Origin: Mobula hypostoma
Lineage: Eukaryota
Direction: 5' to 3'
Length of the DNA: 64,000 nucleotides
Assembly: GCF_963921235.1 (NCBI RefSeq)
Contig: NC_086108.1
Coordinates: 65,536,001 to 65,600,000, forward strand
Of the stretch, positions 25,894 through 37,685 are shown piece after piece (positions within the stretch are counted from its first letter, which is position 1; each line of letters opens with the position of its first letter). The notes below the pieces were generated by a model. It was not told the origin of the DNA, searched no databases, and was given only the letters and a program-made list of their open reading frames with translations. Made by a program: the position numbers and the translations under genes.

Positions 25894-28009
25894 TATTTAT
25901 TTCAGGCCGTACCTGTTTTTATTCCTAAATCCTTTTTTGATTCTCTGGATTCTATTACATCTTCGTATATATGGAAAAATAAAATTTCTCGATTAAATAA
26001 AGTTCATCTTCAAAAAGCTAAAAAGAATTGAGGTTTAGCTTTACTCAATTTTAGGTTTTATTACTGGGCAGTCAATATACGGAATCTTACGTTTTGGTTA
26101 TATTATATTAATCGCGAGAACTGTCCGGTCTGGATTTCTTTAGAAGCTAATTCTGTTAATAAAATTTCTATCATTTCTCTTCTCGGATCCTCAGTTCCTT
26201 TATCTTTAAATAATTTAACTGATAATTTTGTAGTTAAACACTCCTTGAGGATTTGGGTATGATTTAGAAAATATTTTGGTTTATTGAGTTTTTCACTTTC
26301 AAATCCCATTTTTTCTAACTATTGTTTTAAACCTTCTATGACTGATGTAGTTTTTAAAGAGTGGAATAGATTGGGTATTAAATGTTTTCAGGATTTGTTT
26401 GTTGGAGATAGTCTCTCTTCATTTGAACAATTGTCAGCTAAGTATAACCTACCCAAAATCCACTTCTTTCCATATTTACAAATTAGAGACTTTTTGCATT
26501 CTCAAGTACACATATTTCCTAGAAGTCCAGATAAGAATTTACTTGATGCAATTTTTAATTTGAAACCCTTCCATAATGGATATATATCTAACATGAGCAT
26601 TTTAAAGATCTGAAGAATTTTTATCTTTTAAAGTGAAGTTGCTTTGGTTGATACAAAAGAGGTGAAGACCTGGAGAAAAGTGCAGATTTCATTAATGCTG
26701 TCCCACCAGCAAATTGTATTTTTAAATTAATTTCTAATTTATAGTTAATGCAGGAGTTTTTCAGTTTTATTTGTCACATTTCAGTTACAGTTATTAATAA
26801 CTTAATTGGTTAAAAAAGAAAAAATTGTTAGTTATGATTACATACTGAAGCTCTGAGTATGATTCAAGGTTTTGTACTACAGCACTAATAGTTTAAAGTA
26901 TTGGTGATCCACCTATTTCAAAATGTATCACTGTGACTGAAAGACAGCAGTTCTGCCATCACTTTAATCAGTTCTTTTCATCCTGAGGGATTACTTTGTT
27001 GCTTAGCAACCTGTGGTCTTCACTTTTCCAAAAGCATAGTATGACATCTGCTGCAAGCTGTGCATAATCATTTACTACTGATGATTTGAGGAAAAATAGC
27101 AAGAGAACTCTACCTTGGATAACCAAGATGTGACTATTAGTAACAGTGTCTTTCACAACCTCTTTTTCTCATAATAGAATGACACCCATAACAGTGGATG
27201 AGACCTTTGGCATATTATTGCATTCTCCGTATCAAACAGCTATGTTTCAATGTGCTGTTGTTATGCCTGAAATAATTAAATGTTTTCTGAAGTTACCACT
27301 TTCAGACAGAGTTAAATCCAGGCTATATGACACTTTAATTTATTTTCAGAGGCTTGTACCTCTGTAAGGTCAGCAGGTCACTGTATGTGGGTGAAAGCTG
27401 ACAGAAAATGATTACTACAAGATTGGTTATCTGTCATCCAGGGCCTCTATCAATTAGACAAGCCTAGGCTATTATTCAATTCAGTGACTGCAGCAAATAA
27501 AAATGTATGATGTCCATTTTAAATTAATACAGACAAAATGTGATATGAATACTTCTCTATTGTTTCTAAAAGCATTTTAATATTTATTTATTAATTACTG
27601 ATTTGAAATTGGTTTCAGCTGAGAGCTGGTCCGGAAGACATTAATTCCTTCATTTGCCTTTGCTCATTAACTAGAAAATGTCGATCTGTATCAATGTATA
27701 GACAGGTGTGCACAGGTCTGCTTGTACATTAGCAATAAAATACTGGCAAAACTTCTGTTTTAAAACACTGATGGCTTTCTACAAAAATTTAGCCTGTGAA
27801 TTTGGTTGAATTCAAAGTACTACAATTTGTTTTTGTTTTTTTTTCTAATTTCCAACCTCTGTTATTTTGATTTTCTTGGCATGTTTAGATGGTTGTGGAA
27901 AATACAGTTTTGATCATATTCTTAGCAGCTGTACTAAGAAATATAATTTTAAACCTACAGATTATTTTGGAAAAAATAGACCTGTTCTCCCTTAACCTAT
28001 CAATTTAAT

Positions 28010-28610
28010 AGAGCTGTAGAGATGCAGAATCATTACATTGGCCACCAAGTACTTACGGAGACTAATCCTATTTTCTATCACTAGGCCTATGGTCTTCTTG
28101 CCCAAGGTATTCCAAATACACATCTAAATACTTGCTAAATGCTGTAAGAATCCCCGCCTTGACTACCCCCCAGGCATTATATTCCTCAGCTCAATCAGCC
28201 TCTGGAAGATTTTTTCCCCCCAGTTCCCCTCTAAATCCCCAATCCTTAAACCCATGTAATAAAAAAACATTTTCACTGGCTATATTATCTATGCCCCTTG
28301 ATTTTGCACCTCAATCAGAACCCACTCCGCCCCCCCCTCACAACTCCCCATCCTAAATCTTCTCTGTTCAAAGGAAAACAACACCCAACCTATCCAATCT
28401 CTCCTCTTAGCTGGAACCATCCATCCCAGGCAACATGAGGGGAAATCTCTGTAAACCTCATCACTGCATTCATATCCTTCCTACAGTGTCTTGACTGCAC
28501 ACAACATTCCAGCTGCAGCTTACGTAATATTTTATAGAGCTCAGCTATAACATCCTTGCTCTCCATACCAGTTAATCCTTGCTCTCTATACCAGTTAATG
28601 ACAATAACCC
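28010..28610 (-). mobile_element. CR1 3' fragment, degenerate
   Basis: Decayed reverse-strand CR1 3' motifs (ccaggcaacat, atatccttcctacagtg). Confidence 0.55.
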
Positions 28611-28620
28611 ATATTGGTAA

Positions 28621-28847
28621 GGGAGGAAGGGAACGTCAGCTCAGACCATGAGAGGCCCGCTTTTCATGCCTCACAAGGCGCAGGTTGGAAGTCTGTGTGG
28701 GGCACCACTCCTCGCACAGACTAGAGCAATGTGTGATTAAGTGCCTTGCTCAAGGACACAAACACGCTGCCACAGCTGAGGCTCGAACTGGTGACCTTCA
28801 AATCACTAGACAAACGCCTTAACCACTTGGCCACGTGCCCAACACAA
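28621..28847 (-). mobile_element. tRNA-derived CORE-type SINE
   Basis: - strand tggccaagtggttaagg A box, gttcgagcc B box, gtgtccttgagcaaggcacttaa CORE-like domain; 8-bp TSD attggtaa (28613-28620 / 28848-28855). Confidence 0.8.
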
Positions 28848-29280
28848 ATTGGTAAATTAGTTCATTATTGTCACATGTCTGATGTACAATGGAAAATTTG
28901 TCTTGTGTACAAATACAAATCAATTCATTACAACGGTGCATTGAGGTATTGTAGTAGAAGGTGAAACAGTAACAGATTTCAGAATAAAGCAATACAGTTA
29001 CGGAGAAAGTGCATTACAGTTAGACAATAAGGTTCAAGGTCATTATGAGTCAGATAGTGAGATCAAAAATCCATGGCGGACTTTTTAAACACTGCCTTGA
29101 GATTTTGGAGATGTTCTTTGTCATCCTCACCCGTAACAATTATATCATCCAAGCAATACTGAGTGCCTGGGTAGGCTTGTAGCAACTGGTCCATAACTTT
29201 TACCAGAGTGCAGGTGCAGTTGTTGCTCCAAAAGTCAGCTTATTGTAGTAATAAATATCTTGGTAAGTGTTTATGGTGAG

Positions 29281-29523
29281 ACACGAGGAAATCTGCAGAT
29301 GCTGGAAATTCAAGTAACACACATCAAAGTTGCTGGTGAACACAGCAGGCCAGGCAGCATCTCTAGGAAGAGGTACAGTCGACGTTTCGGGCCGAGACCC
29401 TTTGTCAGTACACCTTTGGTCTGGTCCTGACGAATGGTGTCGGCCCGAAATGTCAATTGTACTTATTCCTAGAGATGCTGCCTGGCCTGCTGCGTTCACC
29501 AGCAACTTTGATGTGTGTTGCTT
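29281..29523. mobile_element. Fold-back PLE-derived element with two opposed hammerhead motifs
   Basis: ~95-bp inverted arms (29316-29408 / 29427-29519); + strand CTGACGA..GAAATGTC and - strand CTGACAA..GAAACGTC. Confidence 0.8.
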
Positions 29524-31030
29524 TCGCTTTCAGAAGGTGTTTTCACTGTTACGAAGAAAGGCAGCGCGTGATAAAAAATCAGCACGCGAAAAAATCAGCG
29601 CGCGATAAAAGGCAGCGCGCGCCCCGAGCAACCGCTCTGCCCCAGATTCAGAACGGCATTGCTTAAACACGTTGCATTGAACAGCCGTTAGCAAGGTGAG
29701 TTCTAAGGTGTCGGAAAAGCCTGAAAGAGTAAGGGTGTTACACTTAGCGTAAAACTAGACATAATTAAGCATTTTGATCGTGGTGAATGAAGCAAGGACA
29801 AAGTGAGTTTAGCTTGTGGAAATTGATGAAGATGATGTTGAAGAGGTTTTGGCATCCCATGACCAAGAACTGATAGATGAAGAGCTGATGCAATTGGAAG
29901 AGGAAAGGATAACAATCGAAACCGAATGCAGAAAGTGAAGCAACTGCATGAGATTTTCGCTGCAATGATAAAGTACGACTTTCACTTTGAAAGGGTACGT
30001 AGGCTTAGGGGATATTTGCAGGATGGTTTGAGTGCTTACAAACAACTGTATGATAGAAAAATGTGCGAGGCTCAGCAGTCAAGCAAGCCTTCCACATCAG
30101 CCACAGCAGACGACGAACCTCGACCTTCGACATCGAGGCGGGCAGTCTTAGGAGAAGATGAGCTGCCTGCCCTGATCGACGATGAGATGACACCCCCGTG
30201 TCCCACCACCCCAACACCCAGGCCCCGGACAGATACTGTACCGATTCGCGGAGAATGCAGCAGTAGCCAGGAGGCACACAGCACATATTTAAGAAAAAAG
30301 CTGAAATAAACATGCTAATTAATTAGGTGCCACCTAGCACGTAATTGTTGACCCAGATCAGAGGCGCTGCAATCGGCAATTGCCTCTGATCTGCGCCGAC
30401 ATTTATGTGCTGAGCAGCACCTAATTAATTAGCATGTTTATTTCGGCTTTTTTCTTAACGATGTGCTGTGTGCCTCCCGGCTACTGCTGCGTTCTTCACA
30501 GCAATGTATCGGGTCGGCGGCCCAGAGGGTGGGGGCTACTGCACCACCCAGCCTGCGATGACTCAGTCTAACACACCATCATCAGTGTGCTCGGCGCTGT
30601 TTTCCCAATTCCGGTAAGTGATACTACACTGTACATACATTATTTCTACTTTATATAGGCTGTGTATTTTTACGTGTTATTTGGTATGATTTGGCAGCTT
30701 CATAGTTTAAAGTTTACTGGAGAGCGCGTTTATGCCAACAGCGCGTGAGATTTTCGTTATGGAGATCTGTGCAGGCAATCGTTGTAGAGAAGTATTTCCA
30801 CTTTATATAGGCTGTGTATTTATCATATCATTCCTGCTTTTACTATATGTTACTGTTATTTTAGGTTTTATGTGTTATTTGGCATGATTTGGTAAGTTAT
30901 TTTTGGGTCTGCGAATGCTCAAAAAATTTTCCCATATAAATAAATAGTAACTGCTTCTTCGCTTTATGATATTTCGGCTTAGGAACCGTTTCATAGGAAC
31001 GCTCTACCTTCGGATGGCGGGGGAAACCTG
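29524..31030 (+). mobile_element. Tigger/pogo DNA transposon, internally deleted and lacking its left end
   Basis: HTH remnant KGVTLSVKLDIIKHFDRGE; acidic C-term EIDEDDVEEVLASHDQELIDEELMQLEEE; right end ...cggatggcgggggaaacctg followed by TA. Confidence 0.75.
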
Positions 31031-31287
31031 TATTAGATTTTTCATCAACAACATGCAGATTAGTGCTCTTTTTGAAACTGCAACTCTAGTCTTTAGCTTT
31101 GTCTCTTCCCTGTGCAGTCCATTTATTTTTGTCTGCTTGACATGTTCTTTGTATATGTCCTACTTCGTTACGTTCTCTGCAAGTTTCACCTTTGGTCTGG
31201 TTTATGTGAGCCGCTGCCATTATGGTAACACAATTTGCTCAGCCAGGCACGTTTCTGTTCAGTCGGTACAATTTTGTTCATTCTCTC

Positions 31288-32022
31288 TGTAGCCCCCGGT
31301 AAGCCTCAGGTTCGCTCAGCTCGCTTTCGTCTAGGGGGAGCAGCCTTCAGCCCCACCAAACTAGCTAATCAAGTTTGTGTAGATGCTGTGTAATATACCC
31401 CACCATGCCAAATAACAGACAGTACATCACATACGATTAAATGATTACACTTTATAACTCTTACTTTGACTATGACGATAGTAAAGGAACAAAATCAGAA
31501 CTGTTTAACTGTTTTATAAAAAAAGAAAAAGGTGCCATTATTATTAACCAGTTTGTGCACACATTGTTGGAGCTCTTACAGAACCGGGTCCCCCTTCCTT
31601 CAGTCGATGTCCTCCGAATTCCGCCGACCCACGAATGGGACCACCCTCGGTGATCGACCAAACACTCTACTCGAGTCTGTCCGTGTCTCCTCTCCTCACC
31701 GAAGATCCAGGGCCTCGGACTCCCGCTCGGGGTCCGATCCGTCGCCCAGCTTACAGCATCGTGTCTCCTCTCTCTGTCCCCATCCACCTTCTGCCCAAAG
31801 CCTGCGAAAACAATAGCTTACAGACACACAAGGAAGAATAATATCTATCCCAATTGGTTAGCAAATGAATACAATTCTCGTTATCAGTAGTTATAACCCA
31901 AAACAAGCTGCCATAGAGAATCACTGTCTCAGCAGTTAACAGTACAGAGAAGCCATTTTATTTTAACATAACGAGCCATTTTATTAGCCTTAGCAGTAAC
32001 ATAAAAGAAGAAACCCCTTACA
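31288..32022 (-). mobile_element. Solo LTR inserted in the Gypsy gag
   Basis: TGTA...TACA termini, 735 bp, CpG-rich (young), 4-bp near-TSD tctc/tatc; gag continues on both sides. Orientation is tentative. Confidence 0.7.
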
Positions 32023-33279
32023 TATCTTTCATTCCTGACTGCAACTCAGTTGTGTCTCTGGCTGCTGTTTCCATTAATTCAATGATTACAACTGCTCTTT
32101 TAAATGTGAGTTGTGCTTCAGTGAGGAGCAGTTTTGAATGCATTCTTGCAAAATTACACAACTAAACAACCCCTCAGTGCATCTTTAAGCCATCACTGTT
32201 TTTAATGGCAATGCTTGGACAACTTCTTCATTCAGCCACGTAAGCTGAAGTGGAGTCCCCTTCCTTTTCATTTCGCTTATGAAACCCAAAGCATTCTGCA
32301 GTCAACAACAGTTCTAAATGTTTCTTAATTACTTTCACAAAATCAGCAAAGTTCATTTTGGCTGGTTTGGTTGGAGCACAGCTTTGAAGCAACTGTATGT
32401 TTTTCCACCCTTTGCACTCAACAAAACTGGCATTTGTTTTTCATTGGCTATTTCATTTGCTTCAAATTACTGCTCAAATCTTTCAGTATACATCATCCAG
32501 TTTTCTGTTGTGCAATCAAGTGTATCTATCTTTCCAATGTAGCTTGCCATTACTGCTTTCTGTTTATTATTGATTATTATCATCACCTGGTAATCAATGT
32601 TTATGAACCCACGTTCAGATAAGTTGAGTCTCTGTCTGAGGAAAAATATTCTGCGCTTCAACAAGTAGGTAGTCATCTCGGATTCTTTTTAATACTTCCC
32701 CGTCGCCACTGTCATGTTTTATAACTCCAGAAGCCAAACAAAAGAAAAACACAAGTCAGGAAACTTGCCTATTTAGTTTTTCTTTCAGTAAGGTGCTCAC
32801 ATATAATATGGTGGTGTAACAACGGATGCCATTTACGTACTTCTTACATTTAACCAATTATGCATTATGTAAACAAAGAATGCTTAAACAATATACAGTA
32901 TTTATAATATTACTCAAATATTACTGAAATGTTGAAAGCACTACAGATGTAAGCCATGTTTTGGTGAGACAGAAGTCACAGCAGTCCCTCAGTTCTCTAT
33001 GGCAGGCCAGTCTTGTTCTTAGTTCATCGATTTTGTTCTCAGTGTTCTGGACGGTATCTATTAGTATACTGAAAGGTGTTGGGGGTGTGGAACTTGAAAA
33101 TACACCGTTTTAGTGTCACCTGCAGAGGGGCCTTCTTATCAGGCTTCTGAGGTAAGTGGCAAAGTCTGGTCAATCCTGAGAGTCGTGGCGTGAAACCACT
33201 TGTTAAGTTGCTGCTTATGTATAGACCTAGAAGACCTAAAGTAGATTCAGATGGCCTTGTAAGATAAGTTAGAACAACA

Positions 33280-34220
33280 TGAACAACATGCTGGAGGAAC
33301 TGAGCAGATCAAGCAGGATCAATGGAAGGAAATTAACAATCAGTGTCTTGGACTGAGCCCCTTCATAGGCCTGGAAAGAAAGAGGGCAGGAGCCAAAATA
33401 AAAAGGTGGTGTTAGGGGAGGAGAATGAGCTGGTGGATGATAGGTCAGTCCAGATAAGGGAGAGAGGTTGAAAATTGGGAGGGAAGTGGTAATAATGTGA
33501 GAAACTGAGAGATGATAGATGGAAGAGGCAAATGGCTAAACAAGATGGAATTTGATAAGAAAGGGCAATAGACCATGGAATAAAGGGAGAAGGAGGTGGA
33601 GAACCAGAGGGAGGAAGGTGTGGGTAATGGAACAGATCATTAAGGTGGGGGGGAGGGGAAAGAGATTGAAGTGAAGGGGCCAGAGGAATAAGGGAAAGCA
33701 AGAAGGACACGGGAGAATAGAGAGGAGTAGTTACCAAAAGTTAGAGAAATTTATTTTGATGCCGTCAGGTTGGGTAGCATAGACCTTTACCCCTTCTAAC
33801 TATCCCCTCCCAGCTTCTCACATCACTTCTGCCTCTCCAGCCACCCACCTTTCACCTCACCTAGTCTCACCCATCACCTGCCAACTTGCACACCTTCCCT
33901 TCCCCTATCTTCTTATTCTAGCTTCTAAGCCCATTTCTTTCCAGTGCTGATGATGGATCTTAGCCCAAACCGTCGACAATTTATTTCTCTCCACATATGT
34001 TGCCTAAGCTGCTTTAAGAAACTCTTAGTAGGTACATGGATGATAGAAAATAGCAGGCTATGTAGGAGGGAAGGGTTAGTTTAATCTTAAGAGTCAGTTA
34101 AAAGGCTGTGACATCATGGGCTGAAGGGACTGTACTGTGCTGTCACGTTCTTTGCTGTGTCCCTCCAGCATTTTGTGTGCATTACTCCAGAATTCTAGCA
34201 TCTGTGGAATCTCTTGTGTC
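33280..34220. mobile_element. Inverted pair of PLE 3' ends (- 33280-33775, + 33780-34220) with a CR1 tail inserted at ~34010-34155
   Basis: Purine-rich then pyrimidine-rich mirror UTRs; decayed hammerhead cagtgCTGATGAtggatcttagcccAAACCGTCgac at ~33942-33977. Confidence 0.65.
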
Positions 34221-34509
34221 AGTCGTATCTGATGCCTTGAACTGGGAATACTATGGTTTGTTGGATCGGCATTATTGATGGAAATCTTGCAGCACAGTGC
34301 ACTAAATTTCTAGGCCTGTGTATCTGGAGTTGCAAATAAACCATTTAGACAAAAGATTTATTTCACTAATGGGCAAGACTGAATCCTGTAGTTTTCTGAA
34401 TTTCCCAAATCATGTGACATTTGAATTCTTATTTTCTGAACATTAATTCATTGTTGTAGTTGGGTAATATTCTACTTCAAATAATTAACCTATAATTATG
34501 CACTCCTCC

Positions 34510-35160
34510 AAATAGAATACTGGAAGTTCTCAGAAGGTCAAACAGCATCCATAGTGTGGGTCAACATTTCTGATAAATATCCTTTGTTGGGAATGGAAAA
34601 GTGAGAAAGCAAGTATGGTTCAAGGTGCAGTGGTGGGGGATAGGGTAGAGTGAATGTCCATTAGGGTGCAGATCATAGTTGTCGAGGTAACCATTATGTA
34701 AGAAACAGTGCAGCATCCTGAGGCTGAGATATGTAGCAGCATTTGTGGAGGGGTGGGGTGGGGGGGAGGGTGATTGTTGAGATCAGTGTTGGAGCAGCCT
34801 AGACTGGAGGTAGATGTTATTCCTCAACCTTACATTGGGTTTCCAAAGTGCAGCAGTGAATTAATGTAACGTGACTGGAAATTCAGAATCATACTTAAAG
34901 GCTGAACAGAGGTATTCTGCAAAGCGTTCACTCAATCCTCAGCTGGGTTCTCCAAAGTTGAGGACAATATTTTAAGCACGTAATGCAATACACTAAATTT
35001 GAAGAAATACAAGTGAACTGGTGCTTCATTGGGTTGCCTGTTTGGGTCACTGGATAGTGCAATGAGAAGCGGTGAAAGGGCTGGTGTTGTGTGGGCAACT
35101 GCTGGGAAAAGGAGAGTGATTGCTTCAGATTCCAAAGTAATTAAAGCCCACTCTCTTAAT
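34510..35160 (-). mobile_element. Old Penelope-like GIY-YIG fragment
   Basis: - strand MKHQFTCISSNLVYCITC motif plus a PLE terminus remnant. Confidence 0.55.
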
Positions 35161-35489
35161 CGGACTGAAGAGTGGTTCTTTAAACTCGGATTATTGGCTC
35201 TAAAACATTTTGTATGGCTCCATATTATGCAGTAAAGTAAGCCAGTACAGTGGATTAAAAAGCATAAAAAAACTCAGGTGATTACAATCTAAAATTTAAA
35301 AAACAAGAAATTGCAGAGTTTCTTAGTTGGTCCAGTAGTACTTAGGAGAAACAGTTCTTTCTTTAGAGCTGAAAAAGTAAGACAACAAATGTGTTTGAAA
35401 TTGCAGAGAGCATGGAGTAATGCGAGGGATTACTGAGGGCTGGATGGAGAGAACAAAGGGAACATATGTGCCTACCCAGGTGGCACAAG

Positions 35490-36170
35490 TACCGTTCACT
35501 GCCAAATCCAGTTCTAACCACATCATTGCATTTGCTGATGACACAGCGGTGCTTGGTCTTATCAGCAACAATGATGAAACAGCGTACAGAGAGGAGGTAG
35601 AGCAGCTCGTGTAAATACAAAGCACTGACTCTCAACGTGAACAACACTAAGGAGATCACCATTGACTTCAGGAAGGCGCAGGCAGACACTCCCTACTGGA
35701 CATCAATGGCTTCTCCACAGAGTCAGGAGAACCAAGTTTCTTGATGTGACCATTACAGGTGATCCGGGCTGGTCTCTCAACGCCACCTTTTTAGCCAAGA
35801 GAGCAGAGCAGTCTCTCCACTTCCTGAAGAGAGCGTTCCCACCCCCCCATCCAACTCTCACCACATTCTACCAGAGTACCATCAAAAGTGTCCAGACCTG
35901 CTGCATCACCATCTGGTATGGGAATTGTATTGCATCACATTGTGAGGACTGCTGAAAATATCATCAAGGTCTCTCTCTCTCCCCTCCCCCCCCCCCCAAT
36001 TTAGGACATTTATCAGAATCATTGCACATGCAGTGCCTCCAGTATTGTCAAAGACTCTTCCATCCTTCCCTCAACCTCCTTGATCTCCTGCTGTCAGGCA
36101 GAAGGTATCACAGCACAAGAACCAGAATTGTAAGGCTGGGTAACAATTTCTTCCTCCAGGCTGTTTAACA
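35490..36170 (+). mobile_element. Rex1/Babar LINE RT 3' fragment
   Basis: IIAFADDTAVLGLISNNDETAYREEVEQL; TKFLDVTI; TTFYQSTIKS..CITIWYGNC. Confidence 0.8.
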
Positions 36171-36790
36171 CCCTGCTGCCCCCAGCTCATATGTACACCC
36201 TGTCTGTGCCCTGTTGCCCCCAGCTCACATGTACACCCTGTCTGTGTCCTGCTGCCCCCAGCTCACATGTACACCCTGTCTGTGCCCTGCTGCCCCCCAC
36301 ACATGTACACCCTGACTGTGCCCTGCTGCCCCCAGTTTACATATACACACTGTCTGAGTGTCCTGGTGGACCCAGTTCACATGTACACCCTGTCTGAGTG
36401 CCCTGCTGCCCCCAGCTCACATGTACACCCTGTCTGAGTGTCCTTCTGCCCCCAGCTCATATGTACACCTTGTCTGTGCCCTGCTGCCCCCCACACATGT
36501 ACACCCTGTCTGTGTCCTGCTGCCCCCAGCTCACATGTACACCCTGTCTGTGCCCTGCTGCCCCCCACACATGTACACCCTGTCTGTGTCCTGCTGCCCC
36601 CAGCTCACATGTACACCGTCTGTGTCCTGCTGCCCCCAGCTCACATGTACACCCTGTCTGTGTCCTGCTGCCCCCAGCTCACATGTACACCCTGTCTGTG
36701 CCCTGCTGCCCCCCACACATGTACACCCTGTCTGTGTCCTGCTGCCCCCAGCTCACATGTACACCCTGTCTGTGCTCTGCTGCCCCCCAC
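36170..36790. repeat. GC-rich minisatellite, ~36-38 bp units, ~16-17 copies
   Basis: Units ccctgctgcccccagctcacatgtacaccctgtctgtg (38) and ccctgctgccccccacacatgtacaccctgtctgtg (36). Confidence 0.95.
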
Positions 36791-37069
36791 ACCCCCACCA
36801 CCCAACTCCCCAAATCAGAGATGTACTCACATCCTTCACTAGTTTCTTTTTCATGTTTTATTGCTGCTGCTTCACATACTCATACTACTGATTGTTTAAT
36901 TATAATAGTGCCAGTAATATTACATTGTAGTGTTTTACATAAATGGGCACCTTGCACTTTATGTTAGCTTGTCAATCTTCAGGCCATGCCTCTCAGGGGT
37001 TTGTACAAATATTATTTTGTGACGGTATACGCTGGATCTTATCTGTTTTGCTGTGTGTGACTATACAAA

Positions 37070-37685
37070 CCATAAGACATGGGAGCAGAATTAGGCCATC
37101 TGGACAATCAAGTCTGCTCCGCCATTCAATCATGGCTGATCATGTTTTTTGCTATCTCCTCCTCAACCCCAATTTTCGGCCTTCTCCCTGTAACCTTTGA
37201 TGCCATGTCCAATCAAGAACCTATCAATCTCTGCCTTAAATACGCTCAACGACCTGACCTGCACAACTGCATGTGGCAACAAATTCACCACCGTTTTGCT
37301 AGAGAAATTTCTCCGCATCTCTCTTTTGAAAAGGCGCCCCTCTATCCTGAGGCTGTGCCCTCTTGTCTTAGACTCTCCCACCATGGGAAATATCCTTTCC
37401 ATATCTACTCTGTCTAGGCCTTTCAATATTCGAAAGGTTTCAATGAGATCCCCCCTCATCCTTCTGAATCCCAGCTAGTACAGACCCAGAGTCATCAAAC
37501 ATTCCTCGTATGATAACCCTTTCATTCCTGGAATCATCCTTGTGAACCTCCTCTGAACTCTCTCCAATGTCAGAATATCTTTTCTAAGATGAGGAGCCCA
37601 AAACTGTTAGGTGAAGCCTTATCAGTGCCTTATAAAGCCTCAGCATCACATCCTTGTTCTTATATTCTAGACCTCTTGAAATATG
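37070..37685 (-). mobile_element. CR1 3' fragment
   Basis: MRGDLIETFRILKGLDRVD..KTRGHSLRI; SRGLEYKNKDVMLRLYKAL. Confidence 0.85.

Larger units (their letters stand above)
22603..26588 (-). mobile_element. L1 LINE, 5'-truncated with 5' inversion; hosts CR1 and Tigger insertions
   Basis: - strand AATAAA/A-rich end at ~22603-22625 and ORF2 C-terminus 23701-24230 (LLQFKVVHR..CDRC..HMFW..LNLEKIR). + strand RT 24230-26588 (LYADDLLL, MN-LPKFLY-LFQA). 15-bp TSD. Confidence 0.88.
29080..32945 (-). mobile_element. Gypsy (Mag-like) LTR retrotransposon remnant with 5' LTR, PBS, gag and RT piece
   Basis: LTR 32710-32945 (TG..CA) followed by gtggcgacg PBS; gag MASYIGKIDTLD..WMMYTERFEQ; Zn-knuckle remnants at ~31140-31230; RT LTINT..YNKLTFG..APALW..CLDDIIVTG..EHLQNL at 29080-29280. 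Confidence 0.8.

Noticed and set aside
36170..36790. CRISPR-like array (36-38 bp repeats)
   Set aside because: Repeats are contiguous with no unique spacers, there are no cas genes, and the context is eukaryotic.
36191..36967. Cys/Pro-rich ORFs of 134-189 aa
   Set aside because: Open in several frames only because the minisatellite lacks stop codons; no splice or gene context.
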